Source of the DNA: an uncultured Actinomycetes bacterium | GTDB lineage: Bacteria; Actinomycetota; Thermoleophilia; Gaiellales; F1-60-MAGs149 | Assembly (NCBI GenBank): GCA_903960645.1 | Contig: CAJCBN010000034.1 | Span: forward strand, 1 to 33,216 | Length of the DNA stretch: 33,216 nucleotides | Direction of reading: 5' to 3' | Shown: piece after piece, positions 7,738 through 18,633 of the stretch | How positions within the stretch are numbered: position 1 is the stretch's first letter | Layout: each line of letters starts with the position of its first letter | Notes under the pieces: model-generated | What the model was told of the DNA's origin: nothing | Seen by the model: the letters and a program-made list of their open reading frames with translations, nothing else | Database searches by the model: none | Translations under genes and position numbers: made by a program

Positions 7738-8882
7738 GCGCCGACCTCCGCGATCCGGGCCGCCACGCGGGTGCGCGCGGCGCCGTCCGCGGCGAGCACC
7801 GCCGCCAGGTCGTCGAGCGGCTGCACGGGGACGTGCTGCAGCGCATCGTCAACGAGCGCCTCGATCTCGAGGAACCCGATCTCGCCTGTGAGGAATGCTG
7901 CCACCGCTACCTCATTCGCGGCGTTGAGTACCGCCGGCGCAGTGCCGCCGGCCTCCCCCGCCGCGATCGCGAGGCGTAGGCAGCCGAACGTCTCGAGATC
8001 CGGCGGCTCGAAGTCGAGCGAGAAGGCCTCTCTCCACTCCAGCGGTCGGGCAGGGACGGCCGCCCGCTCCGGATAGGTGAGCGCGAAGGAGATCGGCACG
8101 CGCATGTCGGGATGGCCGAGGTGCGCGATCAGCGCACCATCGCGCAGTCGCGCCATGCCATGCACGATCGACTGCGGGTGGACGACCACCTCGATCTGGT
8201 CGTACGGCAGGCCAAACAGCATGTGCGCCTCGATCACCTCAAGGCCCTTGTTCATCAGCGTGGCCGAGTCGACGGTGATCTTGGCGCCCATCGCCCACGT
8301 CGGGTGGGCCAGCGCCTGCGCAACGGTGATCTCGGCGAGCTCGGCGCGCGTGCGCCCGCGGAAGGGGCCGCCCGAGGCGGTGATCACCAACGACGACAGC
8401 TGCTCGCGCGGCAGCTCGCCGAGGCACTGCTGGAGGGCGGAGTGCTCGGAGTCGACCGGCAGGATCGCCCCACCTCCCCGCCGCGCGGCGGCAAGCACGA
8501 GCTCGCCGCCCGCCACGAGGCTCTCCTTGTTCGCCAGAGCGAGGTCGAGGCCCCGCTCGAGCGTGTCGAGGCTGGCCTCGAGCCCGGCGGCGCCGACCAC
8601 GGCGTTGAGTACGACCGTGGCGCCGGCGGCGTCGATCAGCTCGACGAGCGCGCGCGGGCCGCTCAGGACCGGCCGGCCGAGCTCGACCGCAGCACGCTCG
8701 GCGGCGGCCGGATCGGCCAGCGCCAGCACCTCGGCTCCCGTGGCGCGCGCGGCCGCGACGAGACCCTCGACGTCGGAGCCCGCGGCCAGCGCGACGACCT
8801 GGAGGTCATCATGCGCGGCGATGACGTCCAGTGCCTGCGTCCCGATCGAGCCGGTCGCGCCGAGGATGGCGATGCGCTTCAT
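7734..8882 (-). CDS. dxr: 1-deoxy-D-xylulose 5-phosphate reductoisomerase
   Basis: MKRIAILGATGSIGTQALDV NADPH-binding N-terminus starts at ATG 8882. The track ORF extends 30 codons upstream with no homology-like sequence. Conserved motifs include LANKESLV, PVDSEHSA and NAANE. Confidence 0.93.
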   Translation of the reverse strand: MKRIAILGATGSIGTQALDVIAAHDDLQVVALAAGSDVEGLVAAARATGAEVLALADPAAAERAAVELGRPVLSGPRALVELIDAAGATVVLNAVVGAAGLEASLDTLERGLDLALANKESLVAGGELVLAAARRGGGAILPVDSEHSALQQCLGELPREQLSSLVITASGGPFRGRTRAELAEITVAQALAHPTWAMGAKITVDSATLMNKGLEVIEAHMLFGLPYDQIEVVVHPQSIVHGMARLRDGALIAHLGHPDMRVPISFALTYPERAAVPARPLEWREAFSLDFEPPDLETFGCLRLAIAAGEAGGTAPAVLNAANEVAVAAFLTGEIGFLEIEALVDDALQHVPVQPLDDLAAVLAADGAARTRVAARIAEVGA

Positions 8883-8958
8883 CTGCTCACATGGTGCCAG
8901 TCGTTGGCAAGGGCGGTTCGCAGACCGGTGTGCGGGGTGGCACACAGGCGCGATCCAA

Positions 8959-8994
8959 GGCGGACACGACAACCGCGCGGATGGGATGTCCGCC
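8959..8994 (-). terminator. GGCGGA-box hairpin directly after the cdsA stop (8-bp stem ggcggaca/tgtccgcc, 20-nt loop)
   Basis: ggcggacacgacaaccgcgcggatgggatgtccgcc abuts the cdsA stop (8995-8997). Its 5' part (GGCGGA-CAC-GACAA) resembles the flanks of the repeat family at 2322 and 31253. No U-tract follows, so terminator function is inferred only. Confidence 0.35.
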
Positions 8995-9787
8995 CTAGAG
9001 GTACGTGATCAGCCAGAGGCCGAACAACGCCAGCGGCGCCGTGATCAGCATCGCATCGATGCGATCCAGCACGCCGCCGTGACCGGCCAGCAGCGTGCCG
9101 GAGTCCTTCACGCCGAGATCACGCTTGACGAACGACTCAAGCAGATCGCCGAACGGCCCGGTCAGGGCCACGATCAGGCCCAGTACCAGCGCGTCGAGCG
9201 AGCCGACGACGTCCTGCCCGTAGAGCACCCACCAGACGACGATGGTGCCGACGACCACGCCGGCGATGAAGCCCTCGACCGACTTGCCCGGGGAGATCGC
9301 CGGCGCCAGCTTGCGACGCCCGATCAGGCGGCCAATCGCGTAGGCGCCGATATCAGAGGCCCAGGTGCCGAGCAGCACGGCGAGGACCAGCGTGAACGAG
9401 TTGTCCCGCAGGATCACGACCGCGCCGAGGCCGACGCCGATCCAGACGACGCCGAACACGGTCACCGCCATGCTCGTCAGCGACGAGTGCCCCTCGCGCG
9501 GCGAGGCCGCGGCGAGGATGAAGGTCAGCAGCACGACGGGACCGAGCACGAGCACCATGCCCTCGACGCCCCGCAGGTGAGCGGCGAGGACGACGGCCGC
9601 CACGCCGACGTAGCCGGCCAGCATGACCGGCCGGTGATCGCGCGCGATGGTCCAGAGCTCGTGCGCCGCGAGCACGCCGGCGACTGCGCCGAGGGCGACC
9701 AGCCACCACGCGCCGAACCAGAGGGCGGCGATGGCGATCGGCAGCAGGATCGCCGCGACCAGGATCCGACTCGCCAGGTTCCCCACC
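8995..9787 (-). CDS. cdsA: Phosphatidate cytidylyltransferase (CDP-diglyceride synthase)
   Basis: C-terminal signature SFVKRDLGVKDSGTLLAGHGGVLDRIDA and a multi-TM protein. The track start at 9900 would overlap uppS. I prefer GTG 9787, which is 24 nt after the uppS stop and preceded by GGGAAGG. Confidence 0.85.
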
Positions 9788-9811
9788 GCTAGTGCCTTCC
9801 CGCGGAGCGGC

Positions 9812-10555
9812 TCATCGACCGCCGAAGCGCCGACTGCGCGAGGCGAACTCGCTAACCGCCACCTGCAGCTGCTCGCCTCCGAAGTCGGGCCAGAGCACAT
9901 CAGGGAAGCTGTACTCCGCGTAGGCGGCGTGCCAGAGCAGGAAGTTGGAGACGCGCTGCTCGCCGGAGGTGCGGATCACGAGATCCGGATCGGGCAGTTC
10001 GGCGGCGGCGAGGCGCGAGCGGATCGCCGTCTCGTCGATCTGGTCGGGTCGCAGGCCGTCCTCGACGATCCGGCGGCAGGCGTCGACGATCTCGGCGCGG
10101 CCGCCGTAGTCGAAGGCAACGAAGAGGTCGAGGCGCTCGTTGGCGCGGGTGCGCTCCTCCATGTCCGACATCAGCGTGCAGAGCTTCGGCGAGAGCCGGT
10201 CACGACGGCCGATGAAGCGGATGCGGACGCCCTGGCGGTGGAGGTCCATGAACTCGCGCTCGATCGTGCGCGCGAAGAGGTCCATCAGACCGCTGACCTC
10301 GTCCTCGGGCCGCGTCCAGTTCTCCGTGGAGAAGGCGTAGACCGTGAGCGCGCGGATACCGAGGTCGGGTGCGGCCTCGACCGTGCGGCGCAAGGCCCGC
10401 ACGCCGGCGTGGTGCCCACTCAAGGTCGGCAGGCCCCGCTGCTTGGCCCAGCGCGAATTGCCGTCCATGATGATCGCGACGGAGGTCGCGGTGGACGGCT
10501 CCGGGGCCGATGGTTCGGCGCGGCGGATGCCCTTGATGCGGTCAAGAATGGCCAT
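9812..10555 (-). CDS. uppS: Isoprenyl transferase (undecaprenyl/decaprenyl diphosphate synthase family, cis-prenyltransferase)
   Basis: VAIIMDGNSRWAKQRGLP, TVYAFSTENW.RP, RTSGEQRVSNFLLW. Start taken at ATG 10555 (MAILDRIKG). Confidence 0.9.
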   Translation of the reverse strand: MAILDRIKGIRRAEPSAPEPSTATSVAIIMDGNSRWAKQRGLPTLSGHHAGVRALRRTVEAAPDLGIRALTVYAFSTENWTRPEDEVSGLMDLFARTIEREFMDLHRQGVRIRFIGRRDRLSPKLCTLMSDMEERTRANERLDLFVAFDYGGRAEIVDACRRIVEDGLRPDQIDETAIRSRLAAAELPDPDLVIRTSGEQRVSNFLLWHAAYAEYSFPDVLWPDFGGEQLQVAVSEFASRSRRFGGR

Positions 10556-10620
10556 AGACGACAGGTACAGGCCAGCGCCTGCGTGCACAGCGTACCGTCT
10601 GGCACCGGCGCTTGCCGGGC

Positions 10621-11172
10621 TCAGACCTCCATCACGTCGGCTTCGCGCTGCTTCAGCGCGACGTCAATCTGCCCGACGTGGTCGTCCGTGACCTTCTGGA
10701 CCTTCTCCTCGGCGCGATGGATCTCGTCCTTGCCGACCTCGCTCTCGAGCGCATTGAGGTCACCCAGCACGTCCCGGCGGATGTTGCGGATCGCGATGCG
10801 ACCCTCCTCGGCCAGGTTCCGCAGGACCTTGACGAGCTCCTTGCGGCGCTCCTCGGTCGGCTGCGGGATGGCCAGGCGGATGACCTTGCCGTCGTTGCCG
10901 GGGTTGATGCCGAGATCGCTCTCGTTGATCGCCTTCTCGATGTCGCCGAGGGCGCTCACGTCGTACGGCTGGATCAGCAGCGTGCGCGGGTCGGGCGCGG
11001 AGACACCCGCCATCTGGGTGAGCGGCGTCGGCGTGCCGTAGTACTCGACCACGATGCGCTCCAGCAACTGCGGGTTCGCGCGACCGGTGCGCACGGTGTT
11101 GAACTCGGTGCGCGTCGCCTCGACGGACTTCCCCATCCGCTCTTTCGCCTCATTGACCAGATCGTCGACCAC
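10621..11172 (-). CDS. frr: Ribosome recycling factor
   Basis: 183 aa. RTGRANPQLLERIVVEYYGTPTPL, LAIPQPTEERRKELVK. GTG start preceded by GAGGAGG. Confidence 0.95.
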   Translation of the reverse strand: MVDDLVNEAKERMGKSVEATRTEFNTVRTGRANPQLLERIVVEYYGTPTPLTQMAGVSAPDPRTLLIQPYDVSALGDIEKAINESDLGINPGNDGKVIRLAIPQPTEERRKELVKVLRNLAEEGRIAIRNIRRDVLGDLNALESEVGKDEIHRAEEKVQKVTDDHVGQIDVALKQREADVMEV

Positions 11173-11269
11173 GTCGGACCTCCTCGTTGGGAAGAGTGTG
11201 CCACAACGGGTGGCAGCCTCTCGCGCAACGGCGAGCCGTGATCAGCGGACAGATGTCGCCGGGAACCCC

Positions 11270-11304
11270 AATGCGACAAAGGGGTCAGACCCCTTTGTCG
11301 CATT
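11270..11304. repeat. Singlet copy of the palindromic repeat: perfect 35-bp palindrome aatgcgacaaaGGGGTCAGACCCCtttgtcgcatt
   Basis: 17-bp arms around a central A at 11287. It overlaps the last base of the priA TAA stop (11304-11306) and lies in the priA-frr spacer. Confidence 0.9.
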
Positions 11305-13472
11305 TAGACGGACTGCGGGTCGACGTCGACGACGACCCGCGCGTCGGCGGCCCGCAGTGCGGCGTGGCGATCGGCGAGCACGGCGTGGATCGCCCGGGCG
11401 GCCTGCTCGGCATGCTGGGTCCGCAGCAGCAGGTGCGCCCGGTGGCGATCGCGCAGGCGGATCAGCTCGGCGGGACCGAGCACGTCGTCATCGGGGACCA
11501 TCTGCTCGAGCGCGGCGGCGAGGCCGTCGAGGAAGGCCATCGGCGCCTCGGCGTGCGGCGAGTCGACGAGCACGCGCACCAGGCGGCTGAACGGCGGGTA
11601 GCGCAGCGCCTCGCGCCGGGCCAGCTCGCCGTCGAGGAACTCGTCAACCGCATGCCGGGCGGCCAGGCGCACGACGCGCTGTCCGGGATCCCAGGTCTGC
11701 AGGAGCACGCGTCCGCCCGAGCCCTCGCGCCCCGCGCGGCCGGCCAGCTGCGCGAGCAGCGCAAAGGAGCGCTCCTCAGCGCGAAAGTCGGGCATCGCGA
11801 GGCCGAGATCGGCGTCGATCACCGCCGCGAGGCGGACATCTGGGAAGTCATGGCCCTTGGCGACGATCTGCGTCCCGACCAGCACGGCCCGATCGGTCGA
11901 CCCGAACGTCGCCAGCACCTCCTCAAGCGCACCGACGCGCGCGGCGACGTCACCGTCGAGCCGCAGGACGGTCAAGCCGGGGAACCGCTCGGCGACCTCG
12001 CTCTCGAGCCGCTCCGTGCCCGCACCGATGCGGGTGATGTCGACGGCCCCGCAGTGCGGGCACTTGGACGGCGCCGGCTGCGTGTGGCTGCAGTGGTGGC
12101 AGACGAGGCGCGGTGGCTGCTGGTGCAGCACGAGCGAGACGTCGCAGGACGGGCAGCCGAAGCCCTTGCCACAGGCCCGGCAGTGGAGCGCGAGGGCGGC
12201 GCCGCGGCGATTGAGCAGAATCATCGCCCGGCCCCCGTCACGCTCGATGTCGCCCAGCGCCGACGCCAGCGTGCGCGACAGTGGGTAGTGGCCATCGCGC
12301 GAGAGGTCGACGAGTTCGACCGGCGGCAGGCGACCGCCGACGCGCTCGGACAGCGTGATGCGTTCAAGCGCCTTCCAGGCCTCCGGGCGCGGTGTCGCCG
12401 ACGCGAAGACGACGGCCGCGCCGGCAGCACGGGCGCGCATCAGCGCCACGGTGCGGGCGTCGTAGCGCGGGTCGGACTCCTGCTTGTACGCGACCTCGTG
12501 CTCCTCGTCGACCACGATCAGGCCGAGGTCGCGCAGCGGCGCCAGGATCGCCGAGCGCGCGCCGACCAGCACACGCGCCTCCCCGCTCTCGAGGCGCTGC
12601 CAGACCCGTGCCCGCTCGCCCTGCGCCAGCCCCGAGTGCAGCACCTCGACGAGCCGACCAAAGCGCCGCCGTACGCGCGCCGCCGTTTGGGGAGCCAGCG
12701 AGATCTCGGGCACGAGGATGATCACGCCACGGCCTTGCTGGAGCGCGTGCGCTGCCGCCCGCAGAAAGACCTCGGTCTTGCCGGAGCCGGTGACACCGTG
12801 GAGCAGCAACTCGCGGCTGCCCGGCCCACCGTCGATGGCCTGCTCGAGACGGGCGATGGCCGCCTGCTGGGCCTCCGTCGCGGCGAGCGCGGCCTCGAGG
12901 TCCGGTGGTGGCGCGGCGATCTCGGTCAGGCGACCGTCGGCGACCAGCTTGCGCACGGCGGCCGGAGCGGCGCCCGCCCGCGCGGCGACGTCGCTGAGCG
13001 GGCCGGGGGCGTCACGCGCGGCGCCGAGGATCGCAGCCTGCCGCGACCCGCGGGCCTCCGCCCCGTCGGCGACCGCGAGCCAGGGATCCGGTGGCGGCGC
13101 GTTGCCCTTCGGCGGCAGGACGAGTTTGAGCGCGCGCGCCGGCGGCGTGGCGTAGCGCTCGGCGATCTTCAGCGCGAGGTCGACCAGCTCGGCCGGCACA
13201 CGCGCGCCCGTGTCCACGGCCGGCTTGAGGGTGATCCCGGCCGGGATGTCCTCGGGCGTGGCTGCGCGCAGCACGACACCTTGCTCCTGCCGGCGGCCGA
13301 GCGGAATCGCCACCACGGTCCCGACGGGCAGCGCGCCCGCATACGTCAGCGGTCCCTTCAGCCCGCGCGTCGAGACGAGCGGGCAGACGACGACGGCGTC
13401 AGAGCGCGGCGAGGAGCTCGTCGACCTTGTCTGTGCGCTCCCAGCTGAATTGATCGCGTCCGAAGTGGCCAT
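11304..13472 (-). CDS. priA: Primosomal protein N' (replication restart helicase PriA)
   Basis: Walker [20 protein letters not shown] box LIVVDEEHE, Zn-finger cysteine cluster [20 protein letters not shown]...[18 protein letters not shown]. The start is uncertain. The only ATG/GTG/TTG upstream of the conserved N-terminus ([18 protein letters not shown]) is ATG 13472, which overlaps metK by 74 nt. Confidence 0.85.
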   Translation of the reverse strand: MATSDAINSAGSAQTRSTSSSPRSDAVVVCPLVSTRGLKGPLTYAGALPVGTVVAIPLGRRQEQGVVLRAATPEDIPAGITLKPAVDTGARVPAELVDLALKIAERYATPPARALKLVLPPKGNAPPPDPWLAVADGAEARGSRQAAILGAARDAPGPLSDVAARAGAAPAAVRKLVADGRLTEIAAPPPDLEAALAATEAQQAAIARLEQAIDGGPGSRELLLHGVTGSGKTEVFLRAAAHALQQGRGVIILVPEISLAPQTAARVRRRFGRLVEVLHSGLAQGERARVWQRLESGEARVLVGARSAILAPLRDLGLIVVDEEHEVAYKQESDPRYDARTVALMRARAAGAAVVFASATPRPEAWKALERITLSERVGGRLPPVELVDLSRDGHYPLSRTLASALGDIERDGGRAMILLNRRGAALALHCRACGKGFGCPSCDVSLVLHQQPPRLVCHHCSHTQPAPSKCPHCGAVDITRIGAGTERLESEVAERFPGLTVLRLDGDVAARVGALEEVLATFGSTDRAVLVGTQIVAKGHDFPDVRLAAVIDADLGLAMPDFRAEERSFALLAQLAGRAGREGSGGRVLLQTWDPGQRVVRLAARHAVDEFLDGELARREALRYPPFSRLVRVLVDSPHAEAPMAFLDGLAAALEQMVPDDDVLGPAELIRLRDRHRAHLLLRTQHAEQAARAIHAVLADRHAALRAADARVVVDVDPQSV

Positions 13473-14577
13473 AGGCAGCAGTCGGACGATAGACCGGGCG
13501 GCGCAGGTCGAGCTGCTCGAGGATCGCCGCCGGGCGAAGATCGAACACCGCGCGCACGGCGGCGGCGATCGCGTTCTCGTCCTTCGTGGCGGTCCCGAAC
13601 GTCTCCACCATCACAGAGACGGGGTGTGCGACGCCGATGGCGTAGGCCACCTGCACCTCGCAGCGCTCGGCGAGGCCGGCGGCGACGATGTTCTTGGCAA
13701 CCCAGCGCGCGGCGTAGGCGCCCGAGCGATCGACCTTCGAGGGGTCCTTGCCGGAGAAGGCACCGCCGCCGTGGCGGCCCATGCCGCCGTAGGTGTCGAC
13801 GATGATCTTGCGCCCGGTCAGGCCGCAGTCACCCATCGGTCCGCCGATGACGAAGCGGCCGGTCGGGTTCACGAGCAGGAAATCGGTGTCGAGCTTCGCC
13901 GGATCGGCGAGCTCGGCCGGCAGGAGGCCCTTGACGACGTGCTCCGCCAGGTCCGCCTTGATCTGCTCCTGGGAGATATGGTCGGCGTGCTGCGTGGAGA
14001 TCAGGACGCGATCGATGCCGACCGGGCGCAGGTGGCCGCCGTCCTCGGCGTACTCGACCGTCACCTGCGTCTTGCCGTCGGGGCGCAGGTACGGAAGCGT
14101 GCCGTCCTTACGCACCTCGGCGAGGCGATGGGCGAGCCGGTGCGAGAGCTGGATCGGGAGCGGCATCAGCTCGGGCGTCTCCGTACAGGCGTAGCCGAAC
14201 ATCATGCCCTGATCGCCCGCGCCGACCTCGTCCGCGTCGTTGCCGTCGACGCCCTGGGCGATATCGGGCGACTGGCGATCAAGTGCCACCATCACGTTGC
14301 AGGTATTGCAGTCGAAGCCCTTGAGCGCGTCGTCGTAGCCGATGTCGCGCACCGTGCCGCGCGCCAGCTCGGGGATGTCGATGATCGCGGACGTCGTGAT
14401 CTCGCCTGCCACCAGCACGAGGCCGGTTGTGACGAGGGTCTCGCAGGCCACCCGCGCCGTCGGATCCTGCGCGAGCACGGCGTCAAGCACCGTGTCGGAG
14501 ATCTGATCGGCAATCTTGTCCGGATGTCCCTCGGTGACGGATTCCGAGGTGAAGAGGATCGAATGTTCCTGCGCCAC
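13399..14577 (-). CDS. metK: S-adenosylmethionine synthase
   Basis: 392 aa. [51 protein letters not shown] start preceded by AGGAG. Confidence 0.95.
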   Translation of the reverse strand: MAQEHSILFTSESVTEGHPDKIADQISDTVLDAVLAQDPTARVACETLVTTGLVLVAGEITTSAIIDIPELARGTVRDIGYDDALKGFDCNTCNVMVALDRQSPDIAQGVDGNDADEVGAGDQGMMFGYACTETPELMPLPIQLSHRLAHRLAEVRKDGTLPYLRPDGKTQVTVEYAEDGGHLRPVGIDRVLISTQHADHISQEQIKADLAEHVVKGLLPAELADPAKLDTDFLLVNPTGRFVIGGPMGDCGLTGRKIIVDTYGGMGRHGGGAFSGKDPSKVDRSGAYAARWVAKNIVAAGLAERCEVQVAYAIGVAHPVSVMVETFGTATKDENAIAAAVRAVFDLRPAAILEQLDLRRPVYRPTAAYGHFGRDQFSWERTDKVDELLAAL

Positions 14578-14667
14578 GTTGCGCTCCTATCGCGGCTGCA
14601 CCGTGAAGATGCAGCGGATTATCACGCGCATGCTACAGCGCGAGCCCCCCGGGTGCCGCAGCGGCGA

Positions 14668-16209
14668 CTAGCCGATTGCGATGAAGAGCGAGGCGCCGTC
14701 GGCGGTGCCCCAGGCGATCACGCCACCGATGTTGGCGGTTGCCGTCGGCAGCGCCATGCCCTTGGCCTTCGCCTCGGCGCGCAGCTGCGCGACGTTGACG
14801 TAAGCCAGGCCTGTGACCTGATCCGGCACGCCGGCCCGGTCAACGATGGCCCGGTAGGCCTCCGAGTCGGCCATCGCAGACGCCGGCGCGGCGGCCAGAC
14901 GCGGCGCCGTGCCGATCGCGAGCGTGGCGCTGTCGCCCTGACGGGTAACCGCCACCTGCGGCAGCTCGCCGCGCTTCGCCTCAAGGCGCTCGGGAATGGG
15001 CAGCGTGCTGCCGAACTGCTCGGCAGCCGTGATTGCCTTGGCCAACGTGGCCCCAGCGGCAGCGGGATCGGACGGCTGGGTCAGCAGTGCACCGGCAGGC
15101 TGCTCGCCGCCGACGGCGACGAGCGCGTGCTCGCCATCGAGCGCCGCGAGGATGGCAGCGAGGTCGAGGCCGGTCGCCTGCTCGGCGGCGGCGATCATCG
15201 TGCGCACCTGCGGATCCTGCGTCTGCGCAGCGGCGAGCGCCGAGGTGAGCAGCGGTCCGAGGTCGCGGAAGGCTGCGAAGCCGAGGGCGTCAGCCGGCAC
15301 CTGCTCGTCGATCGTGGGGTCGTAGCTCGCCGGGAAGCGGGCGCCGAGGCGCTCCAGCGCCGCCTGATCGGCGTCACCGGCCGCGACGATGCGCAGACCG
15401 CCCTGTTCCGCCGTGATGGCGATGCCGAGGCCACGGACGTCCGCGAGAGCGGCACTGACCTGGCCCAGCGCAGCAGTCGTGTCGGGCGCGCCCTCGGGCA
15501 GTGCGTTCTGGGGCAGCAGCGAGCCGGCCATCTGTACCAGGCCGGCCAGACGCGCCGGGGCGAGGTAGGCGACGGCGACCGGGTCGCTCGGAAGCTTGGC
15601 GATCGTGGCGCGGAAGGCGGCGTCGTCGGCCAGGGCGGGCGCAGCGCCCGACTGCGCGGCGAGCGCGTCGATCAGGGTGGCGCGCGAGGTGGCGGCGATG
15701 GCGGTCGAGCCGTCGATCGTGATCGCGAAGGCGTCGCGCTCCCAGACCGGCTGGCCGCTGAGCTCAGGACCCTGGGCGAAGCCCATCTCGGTGAGGAGGC
15801 CCGGCAGGGCGCTGCTGTCGGCGGCCGTGGCCACGACGATCGCCTCGACGCCCGGCTGGATGCCACTGGTGAGCGAGATGCCGATGAGGCCGACGCTGAT
15901 GTCGCCGCCGAGCGCGCGCATGATCTGCGCCTGCTCACCCGAACCGTCGAGCATCCCGTTCAGACGGCCGATGGCCGCCTCGCCACCATCGACGGAGCGT
16001 GCCAGCTCGGTCAGCGCCTGATACTGGGCGCCATCGCGGTCGAGGTTGACGCTCGCGTAGGCCAACGCCTTGGCGGGCACGGCGACGGCACCCTTGGCGC
16101 GCGCCTCGGCTCCGGCGTTGGCATCGCCACTGCCGAACGCGGCCAGAGCAGCCGCGGCGACGAGAGCCGAGAAGAGCGCGAGCAGTGCAATCGAGCGACG
16201 AGTCGTCAT
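14668..16209 (-). CDS. Hypothetical Ala-rich exported or membrane-anchored protein (possibly DUF3352-like)
   Basis: Start taken at ATG 16209 (MTTRRSIALLALFSALVAAAALAAFGSG, a signal/anchor sequence) preceded by GGAGGT. 513 aa with no catalytic motif I recognise. The DUF3352 suggestion is from memory of general architecture only. Confidence 0.6.
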   Translation of the reverse strand: MTTRRSIALLALFSALVAAAALAAFGSGDANAGAEARAKGAVAVPAKALAYASVNLDRDGAQYQALTELARSVDGGEAAIGRLNGMLDGSGEQAQIMRALGGDISVGLIGISLTSGIQPGVEAIVVATAADSSALPGLLTEMGFAQGPELSGQPVWERDAFAITIDGSTAIAATSRATLIDALAAQSGAAPALADDAAFRATIAKLPSDPVAVAYLAPARLAGLVQMAGSLLPQNALPEGAPDTTAALGQVSAALADVRGLGIAITAEQGGLRIVAAGDADQAALERLGARFPASYDPTIDEQVPADALGFAAFRDLGPLLTSALAAAQTQDPQVRTMIAAAEQATGLDLAAILAALDGEHALVAVGGEQPAGALLTQPSDPAAAGATLAKAITAAEQFGSTLPIPERLEAKRGELPQVAVTRQGDSATLAIGTAPRLAAAPASAMADSEAYRAIVDRAGVPDQVTGLAYVNVAQLRAEAKAKGMALPTATANIGGVIAWGTADGASLFIAIG

Positions 16210-16267
16210 GACCTGAGTGTACCTCCAGTTTCCTATCGCAGCGCGACGGAAATCGGCTGTATCGGAC

Positions 16268-16678
16268 CTAGCGTCCGGCGATGAGGAGCAGGTTCTCCGC
16301 GTACTCGAGATCGCGCTCGGCGCGGAAGCGATTGATCGCCTCGTCACCGTCCGCGGAGGCCTGCAGGCGCTCGCGCGCGTCGGCCGCCTTGGCCTCGGCG
16401 ACTGTCACGTCGATCGCGTCCGTGGCCATCGCGCCCTCGACGAGCGCAATCGCCTTCTCACCCTGCATCGAGAAGTAGCCGTCCGACGTTGCGAACGAGC
16501 GCCACTCGGTGCCGCTGATACGCACGCGGATCTCCCCCACGTCGAGGCGGGAGACGATCGGCTGGTGGCGCGGCAGGATGCCGAGGCCGCCCTCCGAACC
16601 GGGCACGACGATCATCTCCACCTCACCGGCGAAGGCATGACCCTCGGGCGTGATGATCTCGCAGTGGAGCGTGGCCAT
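16268..16678 (-). CDS. atpC: F1Fo ATP synthase epsilon subunit
   Basis: 136 aa. LHCEIITPEGHAFAGEVEMIVVPGSEGGLGILPRHQPIVSRL. Lies directly downstream of atpD. Confidence 0.93.
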   Translation of the reverse strand: MATLHCEIITPEGHAFAGEVEMIVVPGSEGGLGILPRHQPIVSRLDVGEIRVRISGTEWRSFATSDGYFSMQGEKAIALVEGAMATDAIDVTVAEAKAADARERLQASADGDEAINRFRAERDLEYAENLLLIAGR

Positions 16679-16681
16679 GGA

Positions 16682-18169
<1,488 letters not shown>

Positions 18170-18351
18170 TTAGCGAACGTGGCCGCGGGACGACGTGGCA
18201 ACCGCGCGAATGTGGCGCCCTCCCCTCTGCCGCGCCATCACCGATGCTCGCGCGGGCACCCTGCCCGGCTGGACACACGGATACGACAGGCTCCGAACCC
18301 ACGCGCCCAACCACGCGCCAGGCGCAGCGCTCGGGCAACGGGGCACACCAC

Positions 18352-18633
18352 CTAGACCACGAGCGCAAGCACCAGAAACGGCACGCCCAGCGCGAGCGTG
18401 CCGAGGCCCGTCAGCTGCGTCACACGACCGTCGGCGCGCCGGGCGAGCCCGAGCAGCACGGTACCGAGCAGCACAATCGCAATGCCCACGAGCCCACTGC
18501 CCGCGGCGACGGCCTGCGCGGTGGGCCTGCCCGCAGCGGCAAAGGCGACCGCCAGCGCGACCGTGGCAAGCATGGGTACGAGGAGGAGCACGGCCAGGCG
18601 TCGGGCCGTGGCCTGCCAACCGCTGCGCTTCAC
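18352..18633 (-). CDS. Small hydrophobic protein (93 aa, about 3 TM segments), coupled to the upstream ABC ATPase gene
   Basis: GTG at 18633-18631 overlaps the oppF-like TGA (GTGA). Product: [93 protein letters not shown]. No family recognised. The longer track ORF (to 18729) would overlap oppF. Confidence 0.4.
   Translation of the reverse strand: MKRSGWQATARRLAVLLLVPMLATVALAVAFAAAGRPTAQAVAAGSGLVGIAIVLLGTVLLGLARRADGRVTQLTGLGTLALGVPFLVLALVV

Noticed and set aside
14578-14667. Possible SAM riboswitch in the metK leader
   Set aside because: The leader is only 90 nt. I could not find the conserved elements of the SAM-I, SAM-II or SAM-IV classes, only a weak 6-bp hairpin (gctgca/tgcagc). A covariance-model scan would be needed to exclude it formally.
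13210-16284. 1024-aa plus-strand ORF, and similar long plus-strand ORFs at 3801..5279, 8077..9792, 11187..13448, 16217..18355 and 24340..27513
   Set aside because: All lie antisense to well-supported conserved genes (metK, the peptidase, cdsA/dxr, priA, atpD, atpA/atpG). All translate to Arg/Gly/Asp/Ala-rich sequence without motifs. They are frame-shadow artefacts.
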